Below are positions 9,182 to 17,516 of a DNA stretch of 30,844 bases, in pieces. The position numbers and the translations under genes were made by a program. The notes under the pieces are model-generated. The model searched no databases and was not told the origin of the DNA. It was given only the letters and a program-made list of their open reading frames with translations. Source of the DNA: Cytophagales bacterium (lineage in GTDB: Bacteria > Bacteroidota > Bacteroidia > Cytophagales > UBA9547); the NCBI GenBank assembly GCA_013298205.1, contig JAAFJZ010000003.1, positions 1-30,844 of the forward strand, written 5' to 3'. Each line of letters begins with the position of its first letter. Position 1 is the first letter of the stretch.

Positions 9182-10294
9182 TTGAAGTCTATTTACCAAA
9201 CCAAAATTATTTCGTTGCTTTTTTTAATTTTATTTGTTTCGTTTTCTTCCTGTGATGAGCCCAAAAGCGAAGATCTTTTAAAACCTATCCCTTTTGAAGT
9301 AAAGACACCCTTTTATTTTGGTGATAAAATCAGGCGACATTCTGAAGAAGGAAATCCTATGACTGTTCAAGGAATAGAGCTGGGCAGAATGCTTTTTTAC
9401 GAAAAAAAACTTTCATTAGATAATAGCATAAGTTGTGCCTCATGCCACAAGCAACAGTTTTCATTTAGTGACCCAAACCCATTTAGCACAGGTGTTCATG
9501 GAAAAATCGGGAAACGTTCCAGTATGGCTTTGGTGAATCTTTTTTGGGTAAGAAATTTTTTTTGGGATGGCAGAGTAAATAGCCTAGAAAAACAAGCTTT
9601 ATTTCCAATTCAGGATTCTTTAGAAATGAATCAAAGCCTAACTCAAGCTATTTTAAAACTCAAAAACACAGACTTTTATCCTAAAAAGTTTAAGCAAGTA
9701 TTCGGAAACGACTCTATTACTGCCGAGCGAATAGGCAAAGCTATAGCTCAGTTTGAGCGAACTTTGGTTTCATCTAATTCACGATATGATCAATTTTTTC
9801 AAAAAAAAATATCTGCTACAGAACAAGAGATTCGTGGCATTAATCTTTTTTATAATCACCCAATTTCTAATCCCAATTTGGGAATCGTAAGGGGTGGAAA
9901 TTGCGGAGATTGTCATGGTGGACCTCTTACTTCTTCTCATTCTTTTCACAATAATGGCCTAGATGCTTCACCTAAAGATTTAGGCCGATTTTTGGTTACA
10001 GATTCTGTAAGTGATAAAGGGCTTTTCAGGGTTCCCTCATTGCGAAATATAGCACTAACTGCACCCTACATGCACGATGGCAGATTCAAAACTTTGGAAG
10101 AAGTACTAGATCATTACAACGAACATATTCAAACATCACCTACACTTGATTTACTTATTTTAGCTGGAACGAACGATGTAAATGGCACAAAACTGGGGCT
10201 CACAGCACAAGAGAAAAAAGATATAATCGTATTTTTAAAAATGCTCACAGATTCAAGCTTTATTAAAGATCCAAGGTTTTCAGATCCGTTTTAA
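9182..10294 (+). CDS. Di-haem cytochrome c peroxidase, bCcP/MauG superfamily; probable lipoprotein
   Basis: Two CxxCH motifs (CASCH, CGDCH), LGRMLFYEKKLS, FWDGR, FRVPSLRNIALTAPYMHDG; lipobox-like FSSC after a hydrophobic leader. Confidence 0.92.
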   Translation: MKSIYQTKIISLLFLILFVSFSSCDEPKSEDLLKPIPFEVKTPFYFGDKIRRHSEEGNPMTVQGIELGRMLFYEKKLSLDNSISCASCHKQQFSFSDPNPFSTGVHGKIGKRSSMALVNLFWVRNFFWDGRVNSLEKQALFPIQDSLEMNQSLTQAILKLKNTDFYPKKFKQVFGNDSITAERIGKAIAQFERTLVSSNSRYDQFFQKKISATEQEIRGINLFYNHPISNPNLGIVRGGNCGDCHGGPLTSSHSFHNNGLDASPKDLGRFLVTDSVSDKGLFRVPSLRNIALTAPYMHDGRFKTLEEVLDHYNEHIQTSPTLDLLILAGTNDVNGTKLGLTAQEKKDIIVFLKMLTDSSFIKDPRFSDPF

Positions 10295-10389
10295 TGTAAA
10301 AATCATTTAATTTTTACATTTGGTTAAAGATTAGAACAAAAAACTTGCATAAAAAATATTTTTTTTAACTTATTGCATTTAAAATAATT

Positions 10390-10397
10390 TATATTTG
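10390..10397 (+). promoter_or_regulatory. -7 promoter element (TATATTTG) for sodA; a second match (TACATTTG) at 10315-10322
   Basis: Exact TAnnTTTG matches in the 122-bp intergenic region. Confidence 0.6.
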
Positions 10398-10416
10398 TAT
10401 AAAAAATATAAATATA

Positions 10417-11019
10417 ATGGCATTTACACTTCCAACATTACCTTATTCTACAGAGGCCTTAGAACCTTATTTTGATAAAACGACCATGGAGATTCACCAT
10501 GGAAAACATCACAATGCATACGTAACCAACTTGAATGCAGCTTTAGCGGGTACAGATGCAGAAAATTTAAGCATAGAAGAGATTTGCTTAAACATTAGCA
10601 AATACCCAATGCCCGTAAGAAACAATGGCGGTGGACATTTTAACCACAGTTTATTTTGGCAACTACTTACTCCAAATGGAAAAGGAACTCCTTCTGGAGC
10701 ACTTTTGGAAGCTATTGTTAAAAAATTTGGCTCATTTGACACATTTAAAGAAGAATTTGCTAAAGCAGGTACAACACGATTTGGTTCAGGTTGGGCTTGG
10801 CTTTGTACTAAAGAAGGCGAACTTTCTATTTGCTCTACCGCCAATCAAGATAATCCTTTAATGGACATTGAGGGTGTCAAATGTGGAACTCCTATTTTAG
10901 CATTAGATGTTTGGGAACATGCTTATTACTTAAAATATCAAAACAAACGCCCAGATTACATAGCTGCTTTTTGGAATGTTGTAAACTGGGATAAAGTAGC
11001 AGAACGTTACGGTAAATAA
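10417..11019 (+). CDS. sodA: Fe/Mn superoxide dismutase with Mn-type signature
   Basis: [39 protein letters not shown] and NQD are the Mn or cambialistic-type signatures. Confidence 0.96.
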   Translation: MAFTLPTLPYSTEALEPYFDKTTMEIHHGKHHNAYVTNLNAALAGTDAENLSIEEICLNISKYPMPVRNNGGGHFNHSLFWQLLTPNGKGTPSGALLEAIVKKFGSFDTFKEEFAKAGTTRFGSGWAWLCTKEGELSICSTANQDNPLMDIEGVKCGTPILALDVWEHAYYLKYQNKRPDYIAAFWNVVNWDKVAERYGK

Positions 11020-11036
11020 TTTCAAGTTTTATTTTT

Positions 11037-11075
11037 AAAAATCCCTGTTAACCTTTTTAACAGGGATTTTTTTTT
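11037..11075 (+). terminator. Rho-independent terminator after sodA
   Basis: Perfect 15-bp inverted repeat AAAAATCCCTGTTAA-CCTTT-TTAACAGGGATTTTT followed by more Ts. Confidence 0.88.
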
Positions 11076-11144
11076 GCTTTTCTAAAGCACTCAAAACTTT
11101 TTTTTAAAAACAATCAATATTTTTATAAGTTGTAGTACTAATTT

Positions 11145-11795
11145 ATGCTATCAGAAGAACATATAAAAATTCTTATTGCTTCGGGAGAAGGTTTAAGATT
11201 GGATTTTAAACAAACAATAACGAGTGCTCAAAAAATTGCAAAAACTTTAGTGGCATTTGCAAATACAGATGGAGGCGTGATACTGGTAGGAGTAAAAGAC
11301 AATAGAGCTTTGGCAAAAATTGAACCAGATGAAGAACGTTATATGCTTGATGGGGCTAATGCGCGCTACTGTTCGCCTGAAGTAGCTATTTCGTTTCAAA
11401 CAGTTTTAGTACAAAATAAGAAAATTTTATATGCCGAAGTTATGAAAGGAAATCAAAAACCTTATTTGGCTTTAGATGAAGACGGAAAATATTGGGCATA
11501 TATTAGGCAGGAAGACAATACGATGTTGGCTTCAAAGATTATGCTTGATATACTAAAGCTTTCTTCTCAAACAGAAAGTGTGGCTTTTGAGTTTGGTGAA
11601 AATGAAAAAAATATCATTAAATTTATTTATAACAACACCGAAGTAAATTTGTATGAATTATGTAAAAATCTTAAAATAAAAAGATTTTTGGCTATAAATG
11701 TGATTGTAAAACTGATCGCTTGTAAAGTTTTGGACTTAGTTTATAAGAATAATATTGAACATTATATTATTAGCCGTGAATATAATAAGATGTAA
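11145..11795 (+). CDS. AlbA_2/Schlafen-like domain protein with a probable C-terminal winged helix
   Basis: GEGLRLDFKQ..IAKTLVAFANTDGGVILVGVKD, YIR near the domain end, then a helical segment (IIKFI..VNLYELCK..VIVKLI). Confidence 0.85.
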   Translation: MLSEEHIKILIASGEGLRLDFKQTITSAQKIAKTLVAFANTDGGVILVGVKDNRALAKIEPDEERYMLDGANARYCSPEVAISFQTVLVQNKKILYAEVMKGNQKPYLALDEDGKYWAYIRQEDNTMLASKIMLDILKLSSQTESVAFEFGENEKNIIKFIYNNTEVNLYELCKNLKIKRFLAINVIVKLIACKVLDLVYKNNIEHYIISREYNKM

Positions 11796-11803
11796 ATAAC
11801 TTA

Positions 11804-12223
11804 TTATTGATTGCTTTTCTTTTCTAAAAAAGATTGTAAAATAATAACTGAACTTATTTTATCTGTATGTCCTTTAACGGCTCTATTTTTTTTGGTTGTA
11901 TTCAATTGAAATAATGTCTCTTTTGCTATTTTACTTGTAAATCTCTCATCTTCAAGATAAACAGGAATAGAAGGAAATAATGAAATTAATATTTTTTCCA
12001 TTTTTTTTACATCTTCTGCCATTTCACTTGGTTTGTTTTCCAATGTTTTGGGGTAGCCCATTACGATCGCTTCTACCGATTCTTTAATAAAGTATTTTTT
12101 TAAATAATCAATCAAATCTTTAGTAAGCACAGTTTCTAATCCAGTTGCTATAATCTGTAATGAGTCGGTTACGGCTATCCCAGTGCGAACTTTTCCCAAA
12201 TCTAAAGCTAAAATTCTAGCCAT
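11804..12223 (-). CDS. ruvX: YqgF/RuvX family RNase H-fold nuclease
   Basis: ILALDLGKVRTGIAVTD, IVMGYP, EDERFTS, DKISSVIILQSFL. Confidence 0.95.
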   Translation of the reverse strand: MARILALDLGKVRTGIAVTDSLQIIATGLETVLTKDLIDYLKKYFIKESVEAIVMGYPKTLENKPSEMAEDVKKMEKILISLFPSIPVYLEDERFTSKIAKETLFQLNTTKKNRAVKGHTDKISSVIILQSFLEKKSNQ

Positions 12224-12226
12224 ATT

Positions 12227-12964
12227 TTATGCAAGAATAAATTTAGAGTACACTCTTTTTTCTAAATCTAACGCTTTGGGAAAAAGTATATGGTCTTCTA
12301 TTTTAGCATGTTTGATTAAATCTAGTTCAAAATTTTGTAATTCTGCATAAATTACCTTGAGGTGAATATCTTTTGGGTTTGTAATTTTATAATTATTAGT
12401 TAATTCTCTAATACCAGCCATTTCATCATCATGAACTTCATGATTATGGGCGTATTTTTGAATAGTTTTACTTTCTATTTGCTGGTTTAGCTCAGATGAA
12501 GGAATAATTTTACTTTCATCTATTGCTATCAAAGATTTAATATAGGAAAATAAGTTATCCTCTTCTTCGTACAAATGATAAATAAAGTCTTGAACAAAAC
12601 TTGGAAAAATAAATTTAATATCTAGTTCATCTGAATCTTGATTTTCTAAAGGTTTGTAGCTAGAAACTAAACCTGCTAAATAAGGTAATTTTTGTTTTAC
12701 AAATAAGTGATGTACGTGTTTGAGATATTCGATTAGTAAATCTAAAGGGATATTTTTTAGTAAAAAATCTATGTTTTCTTCTTTATCTATTTGTTCAAAT
12801 TGGGTTAAAACTTTTGTAGTGTCAATTTTTTTTTCTGAACAAACTTGTTCTAAAGTTTTGTCAGAATAATTATAGAAGTCTATACCGAAATAATGTAAAA
12901 CAGCCGCAAAAACATAGTTTTCTTCAATGATTTCATTAATTTTTTTTTTCTTGATTAAGCTCAT
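12227..12964 (-). CDS. Ric/YtfE/ScdA-like hemerythrin-type di-iron protein (iron-sulfur cluster repair family)
   Basis: ScdA_N-like start (VLHYFGIDF..KTLEQVC), LIEYLKHVHHLFVKQKLP, HLYEEE..LF, HAKIEDHILFP. Confidence 0.8.
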   Translation of the reverse strand: MSLIKKKKINEIIEENYVFAAVLHYFGIDFYNYSDKTLEQVCSEKKIDTTKVLTQFEQIDKEENIDFLLKNIPLDLLIEYLKHVHHLFVKQKLPYLAGLVSSYKPLENQDSDELDIKFIFPSFVQDFIYHLYEEEDNLFSYIKSLIAIDESKIIPSSELNQQIESKTIQKYAHNHEVHDDEMAGIRELTNNYKITNPKDIHLKVIYAELQNFELDLIKHAKIEDHILFPKALDLEKRVYSKFILA

Positions 12965-12981
12965 AATATTGAAATTAGAAA

Positions 12982-13638
12982 TTATTCAATTACGCCTTCT
13001 AAAACATCCTTAATTTTAAGTCTTTGATTTCCTTTGTAAGGTACAATCCAAGCATCTTTCACACCCATTTCTCTTATATATTTTTTAAAATTATCGGCTT
13101 CCCAATACTCGTTAAAAAAACCAATGGTATATTTTTTAGTTCCATCAGAATCGGTATCTCCACTAAAATTTTTATTATTTTCAAAGTATTTGCTCAAATC
13201 TTTGTTTTTGAAAGCTCCAATTTGAACTTTAAAAATCACTCCTTGTGTATTTATTTTGGAAGATATCGCTTCGTTTGATGTCGGTTTAGATGGTTCTTTT
13301 GTTGAATTATTAACTGGTGTGGGATTAGCTGCTGCTTGAATAGTTGTGGCTTTTAGGCTTTCATTTTCCAGCTGCAAAGCAGAAATTAACTGTTCTTTTA
13401 AAGTAAGTTGAGAAGCAATATCCTTCATTTTCCATTCTAAATCTTTTTTCTCGGCTTCTAATGACGATTTTGATTCGAGTAAAGCTTTATAGTCTAAAGG
13501 ATTTAGCTCTTTTAGCTTTTTTGACCATTCTTTTTTTTCAGCTTGAGCTTGTTTTTTTTCTTCTTTGGTTTGAGAAAAAACTGTTAATGAAAAGCAAATT
13601 AAAAAAAGTATAGTTATTTTGTTACGTGTATTAAACAT
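12982..13638 (-). CDS. Secreted coiled-coil protein with a C-terminal SPOR-like domain
   Basis: Signal peptide, coiled coil, P/T/S-rich linker, FKVQIGAF...YTIGFF..EA..FKKYIREMGVKDAWIVPY. Confidence 0.7.
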   Translation of the reverse strand: MFNTRNKITILFLICFSLTVFSQTKEEKKQAQAEKKEWSKKLKELNPLDYKALLESKSSLEAEKKDLEWKMKDIASQLTLKEQLISALQLENESLKATTIQAAANPTPVNNSTKEPSKPTSNEAISSKINTQGVIFKVQIGAFKNKDLSKYFENNKNFSGDTDSDGTKKYTIGFFNEYWEADNFKKYIREMGVKDAWIVPYKGNQRLKIKDVLEGVIE

Positions 13639-13747
13639 TGTTTTTATTTAAAATTTTATTAAAATACTTATGCAAGTATAGTTATTCTTTAATGAATCTT
13701 AAAAATTATTATACAATTTTTGTGAATACTTTCATAGTATTTATTTT

Positions 13748-14626
13748 CTATAATCTTGAAACATCAACAGAAACTTTTAGTTTTGGGTTTGAACCTGTAA
13801 TTACAACTCCTTTCACTGGGCTAATATCTTCAAAATCACGTCCATAGGCTAAAACTACATGTTGTTCATTTGGTTGTATATTGTTTGTCGGATCAAATTC
13901 TAGCCAGCCCCATTCACCAAAAAATACAGAAACCCAAGCATGTGAAGCATCAGTTCCTACAAGTTTTTCTTTACCCTCAGGAGGTAAGGTTTCTATATAC
14001 CCACTCACATATCTTGCAGGGATTTCCCAAGCCCGTAATGTAGCAATCATTAAATGTGCAAAATCTTGACATACACCCTTTTTTTGAGATAGTATTGTTG
14101 GAATGGGAGTATTTATGTTAGTAAATCCACTTTCGAATTTAAAGTTTTTATAAATGTAATTCATTAAATTAATGCAATTGCTATATAAACTAAAACCTGT
14201 GTTTAGTACATTATTTGCAAACTCTTTAACTTCTTTACTTATGTCTATAAAAATAGAAGGAATTATGAATTGTGAAGCAAGATAAAAACTACTTTCACTA
14301 GAATATTTGAATTTATTTTTGTAATCTAGTAATTGAATTTGATGAATATCACCAAAATATGAAAATGAATTGTAAGTCTCTACAACACTATTTGTGTTTA
14401 TAATTAGCTCTTTATGGGTTTGATTAATGCAAAAATAATGTACATTATTACCAAAAAAATCTATTCGTTCATCAATTGAGGGTTTTATGTTTTCTATTGA
14501 TATTTCAAAGCTAATTAAATGCTGTTTCCCTATTAAATTAATAGGCTTTAAAATAACTTGATTATGACAAAGGTTTACTTTTTCCAAATAAGAATATTTT
14601 GTCTTATGTTTTATTTGTAATTTCAA
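13748..14626 (-). CDS. Transglutaminase-like protein (Bact_transglu_N + core)
   Basis: IKHKTKYSY..DFFGN N-terminal domain; catalytic triad GVCQDFAH, ASHAWV, EFDPTN; AYGRDF.DISPVKG. TTG start. Confidence 0.94.
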   Translation of the reverse strand: MKLQIKHKTKYSYLEKVNLCHNQVILKPINLIGKQHLISFEISIENIKPSIDERIDFFGNNVHYFCINQTHKELIINTNSVVETYNSFSYFGDIHQIQLLDYKNKFKYSSESSFYLASQFIIPSIFIDISKEVKEFANNVLNTGFSLYSNCINLMNYIYKNFKFESGFTNINTPIPTILSQKKGVCQDFAHLMIATLRAWEIPARYVSGYIETLPPEGKEKLVGTDASHAWVSVFFGEWGWLEFDPTNNIQPNEQHVVLAYGRDFEDISPVKGVVITGSNPKLKVSVDVSRL

Positions 14627-14630
14627 AATC

Positions 14631-17168
14631 TTAAATTGAGGATTCGTCTATAATTGGTTTGTCTAGTAATTTTATGTGAGAATGGCTGAAATAATTTTGA
14701 TTGATTAAATCATTGATTTCATAAAGTTTTGAAGTGGATGTTGAAAGTATATAATCTAAGTCTTCTCTTAAAAAGCCTTTTGATTGAGCGAGATTTTCTG
14801 CCATAGAAAGTTTAAATGAACTTGTTAGTTCAAAGGCCAATCTTGTGGTTCTTACATTTTGATTTTTGTCACCTTGAGAAGCTAAATATTTTAATCTTTT
14901 ATCTAATTTTTTAAGTTGAAACGTTAAGGATCTTGGGTTTGTGCTATCTAATAAAATGAGATGTAAAATATTATCTATATTTAAATGACTTCTATACTTA
15001 TGTCTATAGTGATTTTGAAGTTCCAAGCCATCTAAGACTGTTTCCATAATAAGATATTCTGCGGATTCAGAAGCTTTATTGACCAAAGTAGAGCGAATGA
15101 GTGTTAAAAGACCAAGAGATTTTTCTATTCTGCGCCCTAAATCAAACAAATCCCAGCCCTGTTCTTTTGTAAGGCCTTCTTCTACTAGACCTACAAACGC
15201 TGTAAGGTTTATTATTTTTTGATCTAAATGATTTTGAAGTTGTGCTAGAGTTATTTTTTCAGTTTTATTTAGCAAATCTTTACCTTGTTCTAAAGACTCT
15301 AAAACTCTCCATATATCTGAAGACCAGTAACTTCTAATTTCGTTAACAGAGCGAAATAAACTTTGTAAAGAATAGGGTAAACTGCCCGGAATACTTAAAT
15401 CTCTTGCAATTTTAATAAGTTCTTTATCAGGTTTTTGTAAAATAGTTTTGTTGTTTTCGTCTAAAAATCCTGGATATGTAGAAGTAAAATGAGTAAATGA
15501 TTTAAGCAAAAATTGTGAAGCTACTTTTTCATCTTTTGATGATTTGAGCGATCTTTCATTTATACTTGCAATTAAAGTTCTCATTAATCTTGCCGTGCTA
15601 GTGATTCTTTCTGTGTATCGACCTATCCAAAATAAGTTTTCAGCCATCCTACTAGGTAAGCCAAAATCGTTATTATGGTCTCTATCTGTACCGATATGAA
15701 TTTGCTCAGAAGTATTTTTGGGCTCCATTCCAAGTACCCAAGTATCTTTTGAAATTCCTCCAGCTTGGTTTGAAATAATAAAGCTTCCTCTTTCTGCAGC
15801 ACTTCTGGCTAAACCGCCTGGCATTACCTGATAAGTGCTACCTGTACCTAATATTGAACATCTAAATACTGAAAATCTTGATTCGATTTGACAATTACTA
15901 AAAGAAGGAGTTGTGGTGAATTGAATATGCTCTTGTGCGGCAAAAGATTTGGGATTTTGTTTTATTTCTTCTTTTAAATCGTACAATTGTTGATTGGAAA
16001 GTTCCCAACCTATTATAGAATGAGAAAAGTGAGCTTTGTCAATTTTTTTAACAATTAAGTTATTGAGGTTATCAAAAACATACGTTTGTTCTTTTTCTTG
16101 CCCACACCACCAGGTTGCTACATGAGGTGAAATTAATTCTTCATTCAAAAAATATTTTGACAAAGAAGGTAAAAATCCTTGTAAACCTACATTTTCCAAA
16201 ATACTACTTCCTATTGGATTTGCGATAATTACATTTTTTTTTCTTACTGCTTGTAATAATCCAGGAACACCCAATCTGGAATCTGCTCTTAATTCTAATG
16301 GGTCACAAAAATTATCGTCAACTCTTCTTAAAATAATATCTACTTGTTCTAGGCCTCTTATAGATCGAATCCAAACTTTATCGTTTTGAATTGTTAAATC
16401 TTCACCTTGTACCAAAGTAATGCCTAAATAATTAGCTAAAAATGCTTGTTCAAAATAAGTTTCATTCCTTTGTCCGGGTGTTAAAACCACAATTCTTGGA
16501 TCTTCTTTATTTAAACAAAGTGCAGAAATTGTTTTTCTGTAAATCTTGAAAAATGAAGTCAACTTTCTTACTTGCGAATTTTGAAACCATTCAGGAAATA
16601 CCCGAGACATTACGCTTCTGTTTTCCAAACTATATCCCAATCCCGAAGGAGCTTGTGTTCTATCATTAAGCACCCAAACTCTTCCATCTGAACCCAAAGC
16701 CATATCAGCGGCATAAATAGTTAAGAATTGGTTGATATTTGAATTCATTTGAACGCAAGAGCGCAAAAATCCGCTATGTCCGTAAATTAACTCTAAGGGG
16801 ACAATGCGGTTTTTGATTATTTTTTGTTCGCCATAGATATCTTTTGCGATTAAATCTAATAAATGAGCTCTTTGAATTAAACCTTTTTCTATTGTTTGCC
16901 ATCTGTCTTGAGGAATCAAATAGGGCAAAGGATCTAATTGCCATGGCCTATTTAAACCGTTTGGATCTTTGTATACACTGTATGTAACTCCATTTTCTTT
17001 AATCAGTCGCTTAATTTCATTATGTCGATTCTCAAGCTCAAAAAGTCCTAATTTATCTATTTCATGGTTTAAATTTTGCCAATGTGACGAAACCATGCCA
17101 TTCTCAAGTAGCATTTCGTCCTTTTCTCCAGAATATAAATTGTAATTTTGTGTATATGTTAAATTCAA
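14631..17168 (-). CDS. Circularly permuted type 2 ATP-grasp protein fused to an alpha-E (DUF403) domain
   Basis: RPWQLDPLP, QRAHLL, DRTQAPSGLGYSLENR, LTPG..NETYFE, RRVDD.FCDPLEL..DS.LGVPGL, MPGGLAR, SKDTWV; alpha-E motifs LPSRMAENLFWIGRYTER, GRRIEK, NPRSL.FQL. Confidence 0.93.
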   Translation of the reverse strand: MNLTYTQNYNLYSGEKDEMLLENGMVSSHWQNLNHEIDKLGLFELENRHNEIKRLIKENGVTYSVYKDPNGLNRPWQLDPLPYLIPQDRWQTIEKGLIQRAHLLDLIAKDIYGEQKIIKNRIVPLELIYGHSGFLRSCVQMNSNINQFLTIYAADMALGSDGRVWVLNDRTQAPSGLGYSLENRSVMSRVFPEWFQNSQVRKLTSFFKIYRKTISALCLNKEDPRIVVLTPGQRNETYFEQAFLANYLGITLVQGEDLTIQNDKVWIRSIRGLEQVDIILRRVDDNFCDPLELRADSRLGVPGLLQAVRKKNVIIANPIGSSILENVGLQGFLPSLSKYFLNEELISPHVATWWCGQEKEQTYVFDNLNNLIVKKIDKAHFSHSIIGWELSNQQLYDLKEEIKQNPKSFAAQEHIQFTTTPSFSNCQIESRFSVFRCSILGTGSTYQVMPGGLARSAAERGSFIISNQAGGISKDTWVLGMEPKNTSEQIHIGTDRDHNNDFGLPSRMAENLFWIGRYTERITSTARLMRTLIASINERSLKSSKDEKVASQFLLKSFTHFTSTYPGFLDENNKTILQKPDKELIKIARDLSIPGSLPYSLQSLFRSVNEIRSYWSSDIWRVLESLEQGKDLLNKTEKITLAQLQNHLDQKIINLTAFVGLVEEGLTKEQGWDLFDLGRRIEKSLGLLTLIRSTLVNKASESAEYLIMETVLDGLELQNHYRHKYRSHLNIDNILHLILLDSTNPRSLTFQLKKLDKRLKYLASQGDKNQNVRTTRLAFELTSSFKLSMAENLAQSKGFLREDLDYILSTSTSKLYEINDLINQNYFSHSHIKLLDKPIIDESSI

Positions 17169-17288
17169 TTGCTAAGAGTTAATTACTGTTTATTGTCTGC
17201 TTCATGACAGAAATTATAATATTAAATAAAAATATAAAATTAGAATTCGTTTTGTTCATCCAATACCATTCATATTTCTTTAGACAAA

Positions 17289-17322
17289 CAAATATAATAA
17301 GGATGTTTCCTACTCCCCCAAA
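17289..17322 (-). promoter_or_regulatory. Complete Bacteroidota sigma-A promoter (-33 TTTG, -7 TATATTTG) for the ATP-grasp/transglutaminase operon
   Basis: On the minus strand, TTTG at 17322-17319 and TATATTTG at 17296-17289, 22 nt apart. Confidence 0.6.
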
Positions 17323-17434
17323 AAGCAAATTTCAAATTAAATAATCAATTGAACTAAAAGATGAATTAGCAATGAAATTGATACTGTATGTCTAACATTT
17401 TTAGGCAATATTTTTTTTAAGTAAAACTTCAATG

Positions 17435-17478
17435 TTTCATATAAAAAAATATTTTTTTCTTTATTTTTTTATATGAAA
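17435..17478 (-). terminator. AT-rich 16-bp hairpin downstream of the ion channel gene, possible terminator
   Basis: TTTCATATAAAAAAAT-N12-ATTTTTTTATATGAAA perfect inverted repeat about 40 nt past the stop codon; only one G-C pair. Confidence 0.4.
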
Positions 17479-17516
17479 TAAAAGCCTAAATTATTTCAAA
17501 ATGAGCCATTAAACTA

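Noticed and set aside
5986-10308. Identical 12-mer TAAAAATCATTT upstream of mpl (5986) and sodA (10297) as a Fur-like box
   Set aside because: Almost all A/T, near-identical strings occur inside coding regions, and it lacks full Fur-box symmetry.
12940-12949. A10 run at the 5' end of the Ric-like gene as a phase-variation tract
   Set aside because: Runs of 8-10 A/T are frequent throughout this AT-rich window and the frame is intact.
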